Source: Eledone cirrhosa (Eukaryota). From it: 64,000 bases of DNA. Below the pieces are notes generated by a model, which was not told the DNA's origin, ran no database searches, and worked only from the letters and a program-made list of their open reading frames with translations. The translations under genes and the position numbers were made by a program. The stretch is from positions 177,692,001 to 177,756,000 of the forward strand of contig OZ024743.1 in NCBI GenBank assembly GCA_964016885.1. Direction: 5' to 3'. Every line of letters starts with the position of its first letter. Position 1 is the first letter of the stretch. Shown one piece after another: positions 54,433 through 64,000 of this stretch.

Positions 54433-55207
54433 TCGAAATACAGTTTGCAAAATTTAGCATCCTGTAGCCGCTTTTCACTGTATATAAGGCACAACATTTA
54501 CCCATCTCATTACAGTTGAAAATTGCAATGACGAAAATTCAATGACGATACACATCGTTAAATGACGATAAACATCGATAAACATCGTCATTTCTTCAGA
54601 CAGCCAAAATTGATTAAAAGGTAACATTTCTGAGGCAATTTTATTTGGAAGGGAGTGGACTAAAAAAATCTGTTTTTGCTTTGGTTGTCCGCCCCCTTCT
54701 GGTTTCAGGCCATACATACATCTCTGCGCATGTCGCAGGGGTGTGTGGGTGGCTGACCCTTCACCTACACCAAGAATAATACCAACCTTGTATGTTCTCT
54801 CTATCCACCAATCTCCCACCTCTTCGGCCGACAACTCGATATGGTCAGTGGGAGTTCAAGCAAGCCAAAGGTTACTGCTAACTTTGGCAACCAATAGGAT
54901 TTCGGTGCATTTGTACCCGCCATCCGTTTATGGCGGGATTATCACCCGAAGTGAGAAAGTTCCCTTCTGCTATGGTTAATATAACTTATCATAGAAAATA
55001 TTTAAAATTTCCCAACAGTCAATTTTCTAAGGATAAGAAAATATCTGGCCACTGGTCGTTGATGACATGTGAAATTTAAAGTATCTAATTTAATGAGTGT
55101 TAAACTTTAAAATAAACGAATGCAAAGAATAAAACAAATATAAAAATTAAACAAATGTAAACATTAAACAATCCTACAGTTGGTATCCCGGTATATTTAT
55201 ATACATT

Positions 55208-55305
55208 CAGGGTGTACAAAAGATATGTATACACACTTTGATTACCACTACAGGCAATATTTATTAGAATGGTGTTGAAGTGTGTATAATTTTTAGGACA
55301 CCCTG
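55208..55305. mobile_element. Tiny Tc1-like MITE
   Basis: cagggtgtacaaaa..tatacacactt / aagtgtgtataatttttaggacaccctg-TA. Confidence 0.5.
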
Positions 55306-55336
55306 TATATATATATATATACATACACACACACAC

Positions 55337-55370
<34 letters not shown>

Positions 55371-55455
55371 AAAAGGTAAACAGAAATAACAACACAATCG
55401 GTACAGTATATGGAAGGAATATATTAGGTTAACGCTTGAAATAGTAGGAAGAGCG

Positions 55456-55491
55456 TCTTAACGTTTCGGATGCTAGTCCTTTATCAGAAGA
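55456..55491 (-). ncRNA. Minimal hammerhead-like motif
   Basis: Minus strand: tctt CTGATAA AGGA ctagca TCC GAAA CG TT aaga. Confidence 0.55.
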
Positions 55492-55539
55492 AAGAATGCA
55501 AAATAAGAAAGATTGAAGGGACGGGTGTGACTCCGCTCT

Positions 55540-55946
55540 GACTATACCTGTCATTATCGGGGCACTGGGATATGTTAGTAACTGCTTCAGTAAAAATCTT
55601 GAGAATCTAGGCTTCACCGAAACAGAAGGAAAACGACTAATAAGGAAATTACAAGTACAATCCATTAATGAACAGTAAAGATATGTAAAACACTCTAAAG
55701 GTTCTGCATCTAATAACTGCATATACACATGTACAGATACAAAGCATATGCACATGCGCACATATACCTCAAAACATGCACATGCACACATACATTAACA
55801 TCCATACCTGCACACACATGCATTCAGAAATGCATACCTATCTACCTAATTGATGTTGTTTAAATTCTAATGAGAGAGTCTTGTAACTATGTTAGAAACC
55901 GACGCTCTCTATATTGGTAAAACTTTATAAACTTATAAAACCAGAA
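55540..55946 (+). mobile_element. R4/Dong-like 3' fragment
   Basis: Homologous to 10225-10605; ends ataaaaccagaa(cata)n. Confidence 0.85.
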
Positions 55947-56079
55947 CATACATACATACATATTGTGGAACGTAAAATACCCGATGGCGACACCAAGTGG
56001 TTTCGGCTTGTATTCAGCAAGCCTTTACGAGTGTGTGTATATATTTATTCATGTGTGTATATATGTTGCTATGGCCATT

Positions 56080-57460
56080 GATGGGCTAATCTTATCTGTA
56101 TGACATGGCGATCCTCTCTTGCAAGACTAGGTAGATAAAATGTTGCTTTCGATTTACAAAGGCAAAGGCTCCAAGTCGGAATGCGGTGATTATCTTGGTA
56201 TAAGTCTCCTCGAATCGGTAGGAAATGTCTTGTCCAAGTTCTTGCTGAATCATCTAAAAGAAATGGATCTACCCTGGTGCCATTCCTGAGATGCAGTGTG
56301 GATTCAGAGCTGAGCAGGATACTATGGAAATGATTTTCTTAGCCTGTCAACTTATGGAGAAGTGTGTTGAGCAGCAAGTGAAACTTTACCATGTTTTTGT
56401 GGATCATACCAAAGCTGTTGATACTGTTAATCGTAGTGCGTTGTTGGTCATACTGGTGAAACTTGGATGCCTTCATGAGTTTGTTGGAATATTCAGAAAC
56501 TCCATCAAAATATGAAAGCAATAGTCCACTTCAATGGGACACTTTCAGAGCCAAAACGGTGTTAAACAAGGCTCTGTTCTCCATCTTCTTTGCAGTGCTG
56601 CTGACATATGCCTTCCAATATTTCGATTTCGGTGTATACTTGCGAATTAGAACCTCTGGCAAAGTATTTGATCTAAGACGGTTTAACACTAAGTCCAAAG
56701 CTTTGGGCACTCTTGTTAGGGAGTTCCTGTATAGTGATGATGCAGATTTTGTGACTCACACAGTAGAGGACATGCAGTTGATATTAGACACCTTTTCCAA
56801 TATATGGACTGTGTTTGGACTAAATATTAGTCTACAAAAGACAAATGCCATGTACAATCCACCAGTTGTGAAAGTGTATATGGGGCCAAACGTTTTCGTG
56901 AGAGGAAAAAGAGTTGAGCTAGTGGACAGCTTTGTGTATCTCGGAAGTACACTTAGCAGAGATGGAACCCTCGATGCAGAAATAGATCACCGGATTACGA
57001 AAGAAAGTATTGCCTTCGGAAAGATAGAGAAGCGAGGCTGATCAAATCGGGGTATCACTAAAAACACAAAGCTATCGGTGTATGAGACCTGTGTTCTTAA
57101 AGCCCTGCGAACCGTGGACAAATTACAGGCATCATATCAGGCAGTTGGAAAGATTTAATCAGCATTGTATACTACGCATCTTGAACATCAAGTGTTCCTC
57201 TTACACGCCGGATGTTGAGGTACTTGAGAAAGTGGGTAGCTCCAGTATTGAAAGGAGGATTATGAACCAGATGCGCTGGGCTGTTAATATGGTCAGGATG
57301 GAGGATGGAAGGCTCCCTAAACAGCTGTTTTATGAGGAGCTGATCAGAAGAAGAAGGCCACAGCATAAGCCAAAGAAGTGGTTTAAGGATGTCTTGAAAG
57401 ACAATCTTAAAGCTCTAAAGATTGATATGGATAACCGGGAGAGACTAGCATCATAGAGGA
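56080..57460 (+). mobile_element. RTE (BovB-like) LINE RT region, decayed
   Basis: PEMQCGFR..EKCVEQ..FVDHTKAVDTVNR; FLYSDDA; FGLNISLQKT; FVYLGSTLS; RMEDGRLPKQLFY. Confidence 0.9.
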
Positions 57461-57684
57461 AGATAATCATAGATGTGTTTGTACATATGTATATGTGAAT
57501 TTTTTTTTTAATAGTGCAATGGCCATACTCGATAACGAGGGGAAAGCCATCATGTATTTATGTATGTATTTACGTATGTATACATGCATGTATGTATATA
57601 TATATATATATATATATATAGTGGTAGAACACTGGAAGGTAATATCCGTAGTGGTAGAGCACTCAGTCCATGGGACGAGTTAGG

Positions 57685-57796
57685 TAGAAGTGGTTACACA
57701 ACAGTTAGTTCACCATGTCCATTACGAGCTGAGGATCCGCTAAGGTGAAACAATTGTTCTCGGTATGGTGAACTAACTGTTGTGTAACCACTTCTA
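57685..57796 (+). ncRNA. Minimal hammerhead (57725-57762) enclosed by a perfect 32-bp inverted repeat
   Basis: cgag CTGAGGA TCC gctaa GGT GAAA CAATTG TT ctcg; IR 57685-57716 / 57765-57796. Confidence 0.75.
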
Positions 57797-57872
57797 TATA
57801 TATATATATATAGGTTTAATATAGATGAGATTCTACAAGACTAGAACTGTTTCATTCTTTAGAAATCATCAG

Positions 57873-58038
<166 letters not shown>

Positions 58039-58568
58039 ATATATATATATGTATGTATAACAGCGAGCGACAAACAGACAATGGTGGGACGCTGTGCAAC
58101 TGGCCTGCTGACCGAACGCGGTGGAATACTATGATTGCCTCTTGCGTCGCAAGACGCGGGAGCTTCTGAGTCTGAGTCTGAGTATAACAGTTAGTAATTT
58201 TAGTACAGTTTATGCTAAGACTTGTATATGAATGAGTATGTTCAACTGAATGTTTCAATTTAAATTTATTTATCTTAGCTCACAGCTGAAATAAATTACA
58301 TGTTGTCCTTCCGATTCTTATAAGTTTTATGGTTGTAAAATCATAGTTAGTTGTATCATAATAGCAGATTCAGGAAATAGTTTCTTCGGTGATGGGTTTA
58401 TTATGTTTCTAACATCGTTCGAAAGTTTGCCAACTTATATAAAGTTTTCTAGTAAAATATACCAATGTCGCCCACTTGATTGATGTATTCAACCTCTTTC
58501 TGCATTGCGAAATATCTATAGACGTTGGCATGAAACAACACACACACACACACACACACACATACACA

Positions 58569-58608
<40 letters not shown>

Positions 58609-58613
<5 letters not shown>

Positions 58614-59280
58614 TGGATTGGCAGTATCGGTAGAGGGTCGGACGTCATGCTTTGGCGCATAGAGTTACGGCCCTTTCCATTCTGAGTTCAAATCCCGCCG
58701 AGGTCAACTTTGCCTTTCATCCTTACGGGATGATAAAATAAAGTACCAGCAATGTACTGGGTAATTGCTGGCCTTGTGCCAAAAGTAGAAACAATTATTA
58801 TAACAGAATCTAAGAATTTCCCGTTCACGAGTTCCTTCTGTTTGTGTGATTGGTAATTTATATAATTATAGAAAATAATTTGTTCTTTAATATTGTCGTT
58901 TGAAGATGCTCCGTGTTATTATGACAAGAATCTACATGATATAATTGTTTCTACTTTTGGCAAAAGGCCAGAAATTATCCAGTACATTACTGGTACTTTA
59001 TTTTATGGAGCCCGTAAGGATGAAAGGCAAAGTTAACCTCGACGGGATTTGAACTCAAACTGTAAAGAGACGTAACTATGCTAGAAAGCATGTCGTCCAA
59101 CCCTCTACCGATACTGCCAATGACAATATAATGATTTGTACTATAGGCACGAGTCCAGCAATTTGTGGGGAGGGTAAAGTCGATTAAATCCACCCACTGC
59201 GTAATTGGTGCTTTATTTTATCGACCCGACCCCTGTCAGGATGAACAACAAAGCTAACCTCGGCGGGATTTTACCAATCC
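58609..59280. mobile_element. SINE cluster (+ copy 58609-58797; - copies 58942-59280)
   Basis: 7040 family. Confidence 0.85.
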
Positions 59281-60584
59281 ACATATTATAATGAAAGGCA
59301 ATTAAATCTATTCCACATATCAGAACCATAAATGAAACTTAAAAGTCAGTCCTCCTTATTTCACGTTGCACCAGTATATTCAGCTGAAAATGTGTACCAG
59401 CAATACATGGAGGGAGGGGGGGGGTCAATTTCGATGGACTGACGTCCTGTCCAGTGGGAAGTCTTGTACTCTCATTTGCTTAATGCCACGAAACCGGGAT
59501 AAGCACCGGACTACCGAGCCTCCTGGCTTATGGCACATTTTAGACAATAGACTTTAGACTTAGCCACGCACTAGGATCGATTTAATCAACTCCCCCCACC
59601 CAAACAATTGTTAGCCTTGTATCTCAATCATAATCCAATACATTTACTAGTAATTCATTGCTTAAAAGTAGTACGTTGAGTAGGTTGATTGCTCTGGCGT
59701 TATGTGGTATTTCAAAGATATTTAACCTTCGTTAAAAATATCCACTTATATTTTGAATATCACAAAATTCCTACATATACAACATTGCTTCAAATGATTT
59801 TAAACTTCAGTTGAAAGAAACTAGTTATAGCTAAGATCTTAGATAACCACTTGACAAAGGAAATGTTTATGAATGAAATACTTAATGTAGATACCATACA
59901 GAGAATGGTTCAAATGACACCGGATCATTTGATTGCTATAGCTACGTTCGATATTATCTAAACAGTTACAATCTTAGATCAAAGTTGTCTGAGTTGAAAT
60001 AATATTACTTACTTCAATGGTCTATCAATAAGTAGCATCTTGTTATGGGTCTTGTAGCAAAGCGACCCTGAATCTCTCATAACAACTATTTAACTTAATA
60101 AATAGTTTATAAAAAGATTCAATAACAGAAACTTCTAGCTGATTTACGGCTTCCCTTGCATTTTTTCTTTATCATTTTTAATATTTATTTCCTTAACGTT
60201 GGCTTTCCCTAGTTATTTTGTTTTCCTTTTTTCCTTTTCTTTTTAATTTTATATTCATTTATCTCTGTCTATCTTGTTTGTTTGTTTTTTATTTGTTTCT
60301 CAACTGTGATAAATATTAGATATTCCCCTAGACTTACGAGCTCTATTCTGACGGATGTTTAAATGTTTTAAATAGATAAATAGCTGAGCTTATAATGGGG
60401 GAGATACTCAGTGATATACATATTGTGAGCAGGGCCAACCCACGATGAGGACACCACTGTGTAGTGCTAAAAACTCCCTTCCTATACATTGAGATAAAGA
60501 CCAGATACTGCAATAGCTTGTGGTTCAAAGGCCCCCAACTCTTTAAATAGCAAACAAAAAACGTGAAAGAATTACACGTTTTTG

Positions 60585-61095
60585 CAGTAACGCACTGGGG
60601 TCAATCTCATCGACTTTCTCCTCCCTTAAGATTGCTGGCCTTGTGCGTACATCAGAAAACATTATTTTACATAATAAATTGGCAGTATGGGTAGGGCGTC
60701 GGAAACACACTTTGAGGCATATAGTTACGTCCCTTTGCCTTCTTAGTTCAAACCCTACAGAGGTTAATTTTGCCTTTTATCCTTAGGGGGTTGATAAAAT
60801 AAAGCACTAGTAATGAACTGGGGTCGATTTAATTTACTTTTAGTTCCCCAAAATTGTTGGTCTTGTGCCTAAATAAAAAACTATTATCATTTAGGCAGTA
60901 TCAGCAGTGCGTCGGCAAACATGCTTAGCGACATAGAGTTACGCCCTTTACATCTGGGATCTATTTCCACTAGGTTAACTTTGACTTTCATCCTTACAGG
61001 GTCGATAAAATAAAGCATCAGTAATGTACCGGAGTCGATTTAATTGACTTGCCCCTACCTACAAAAGATTCTTGGCCTTGTGGCTAAATCAGAAA
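60585..61095 (+). mobile_element. Tandem diverged SINE units
   Basis: 7040/17730 family, about 2.5 units. Confidence 0.75.
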
Positions 61096-61917
61096 CCCTC
61101 TTCTTCGCTCACGTTTTCATGAGAGGGTCGTTCGTGGTGAAATCAGACACCAATATTTTTATTAATACACGAAAATATGGGATCAATAAGATCCTACGAC
61201 CCAATATAAAATAAGCAGTGAAGCAATATTCATTACATATAAAATATCTCACGTTTCATATGTACAACTTTCCAGCGTTTTGATTTTAACTTCCATAATT
61301 TTCATACCGGGAAATATAATAGTTTCACATAAATCAAACAATTAGGTTACCAATACCTTACTCAGTGTGTTTCGGTAACATAACGCACATATAAATAAAT
61401 ATACATACTCAGGCATACACAAACATACACACACGTGCGTGCACTAATCTACATATCTCTCTCTCTCTCCCTCTTTCTCTCCCTTTTTCTGGCTCCTTTC
61501 TTTCAATCTTTCCCTCTTTCTAACACACACACACACACACACTCTCTCTCTCTCTAATATATATATATATATTTATTTTCTTTGGTCGTTTTGGAAGCCT
61601 CAACAATGCAGATGGGTAATTCATTGGGTAACATGATCCGGTGGTGAAGAGAGAGATGTAATGGAATGTAGAATGCGATGTACAGTGTGTAGAGGAACGT
61701 AGGAAAGAGCGTAAAAAAAAAAATAACACGAGATGGAGTTACTTTGGGAGAGATTTAATTGTCCCTATATTTCGGATTCGCATCCATCAACTGTGGGGTT
61801 TTCGGGGGAGTTCGGGGGGGAGGGTTATCTGTCGGAAAGGAACGGTATGTGTCCTCTGCTGTTCGTTGTTTTGACTAACGCTCTTTCCTATGTTCCTCTA
61901 CACACTATACATCTCAT

Positions 61918-61979
<62 letters not shown>

Positions 61980-61987
<8 letters not shown>

Positions 61988-62516
61988 ACTTTGGGAGGGT
62001 CATGATGCCAATAAGAAACACACCGTCCACATGTTTTCACTTCAATTTATTATAAATTTCCGTTTGGTTTGGTTCGTTCCACTGAAGAGGTCACAGAATG
62101 TGTGACGAAAGAATTTTGACAATATATGAACAACCATCCGGTAATAGAACCAACCAGCCAACCGGAAATTTATAATAAATTGAAGTGAAAACATCTGGTG
62201 CGAGTGTTTCTTATTGGCAACATGACTCTCCCAAAGTATAACAATATCGGTTTCAACACACGTTTTCAGATAAGGAATCTTGATAAACAAATTCAGAAAC
62301 GAAATATATATTAGAAAGTGAGGTTTTTTTTACAAAATGCAAAATAACCGAGGGGTACGACACGAGTGAAAGTATAAAGAAAAAAAGGATGAAATCGAAA
62401 ATGCAACTGGAGTCTTACTTAAAAAAATATAAATATATTTATGTGATTCCTTTACCGGTTGCGCAGTTCTTCTGCTTTTCAAAAGAAGAGTTGAGATTGA
62501 GGGTCTCTGATTTTTC

Positions 62517-62587
<71 letters not shown>

Positions 62588-63131
62588 CGTTTCTGAATTT
62601 GTTTAGCAAGATTCTTTATCTGAAATCGTGTGTTGAAACCGATATTGTTATACTTTGGGAGGGTCATGTTGCCAATAAAAAACACACGCACCAGTTGCTT
62701 TCACTTCAATTTATTATATATTTATAAATTTATAAATTTACAAATCTACCAACTTATAAATTTCTGGTTGGTTGGTTGGTTCCACAACCAGATAGTTGTT
62801 TATATATAGTCATAGTCCTTTCGTCGCACACTCTGTGACCTCTTCAGTGACTGGGGATTCCTTAACAAAATGGCGTAGGACAGAAGAAAGGAAAGGCACA
62901 GAAACAAAGAAAGGAATCCCCAGTCACTGAAGAGGTCACAGAGTGTGTGACGAAAGAACTATGACTATATATAAACAACTATCTGGTTGTGGAACCAACC
63001 AACCAACCAGAAATTTATAAGTTTGTAGATTTGTAAATTTATAAATTTATAAATATATAATAAATTGAAGTGAAAGCAACTGGTGCGTGTGTTTCTTATT
63101 GGCAACATGACCCTCCCAAAGTATAACAATA
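61980..63131. mobile_element. Nested fold-back complex with three HHRs (62077-62120 +, 62808-62852 -, 62922-62966 +)
   Basis: Palindrome 62642-63131 (about 220-bp arms, 47-bp spacer); agtca CTGAAGA G GTCAC agagtgt GTGAC GAAA gaac TA tgact. Confidence 0.88.
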
Positions 63132-64000
63132 TATATATATATATATATATTTATTAAAATAACAGATTAAAGCTTAAGCAAAGAATCGCTGCTTTCACCA
63201 TTAACGGGATCTTCTGAAACTAACAAAGTCAATCTGTGAACGCAGAAGTGAATATTTCAAAAAACATTGCAACCGCAGAAAGACAGAAAGACGATACTTT
63301 GGTTCGTGGAAACGTTCCCTGGCAAAGAAAAAACGAATATAATACGTCATTATTTGGAGCGGTGAAAAACAATTACACGCAAAGAGAAAAACCACGTTTG
63401 TGGTATAAAAGAAGTCGTAGACTAATATTCTATTAGGTGGTTCATAGAGACGTTCTCTGTCAATGAACGGAAAAAAACGAAGATAATACGTCATATGTGG
63501 AGTGCGGAGAACAATTGCACGTAAAGACAAAACCACGTAAATGGTATAACTGAAGTCGTAGACTAAAATTCTAACTAGGAAACCGAATGATTCTTGGCTT
63601 CAGAGTTAAGAATAAAGTAAATAAAATACAGAGGTAATTGAAATTAAATAAATACATAAACTCATCCATATACGTACATACACAAACATAAGCGGAAACA
63701 CTCGCCATAGGCATACACATACACGCACGTACACAAAAAATAAATTTAAAGTATTACTCTAAAATAATAACGTAAGGTCTTCAAAATGCTATTAATTAAG
63801 CATGCAGTGTATTGCAAAATACACTATATATACATTCATATATATATCGCTATTTCAGAGCACCAATTCCAATTTTCAATTTCTGCTTGACCGGCAACCG
63901 CTCTGTATAATCAGTTCCTGATTATTACTAGAATTCTATAAGAATCAAACATTCATGATTTCCAGCAAACAGGTGGAGTGCTTAGCTTTGATAAGTACCA

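Noticed and set aside
54475-54834. ORF with NQFWLS, reminiscent of CatSper-beta
   Set aside because: Overlaps sequence shared with the 28.9 kb repeat family (ttgcaattttcaactg) and short tandem repeats; likely coincidental.
58609-58700. tRNA gene (A/B boxes)
   Set aside because: SINE head; no cloverleaf and it continues into the SINE core and tail.

Overview
AT-rich eukaryotic, repeat-saturated DNA, most likely an octopod cephalopod. That assignment is inferred from the tRNA-derived SINE families and the (TA)n/(CA)n density, not proven. No intact host gene is evident and most ORF-track entries are microsatellite artefacts. The window holds Penelope-like element (PLE) fragments with GIY-YIG and RT motifs, R4/Dong-type, RTE and CR1-type LINE relics, many SINEs with TSDs, hAT and Tc1/mariner MITEs, and a stack of non-autonomous Helitrons. 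The main unannotated signal is about 20 type-I hammerhead ribozyme (HHR)-like motifs from about 10 unrelated sequence families. Many lie in 100-500 bp fold-back palindromes next to (TA)n tracts, or in retrozyme-like partial tandem repeats. Several fold-back points fall in the HHR stem II loop. Weaker signals are a decayed multi-exon gene (+ strand), an RFX X-box/CTCF-like site and an ORF inside the Helitron stack. All analysis was by eye and element boundaries are approximate.
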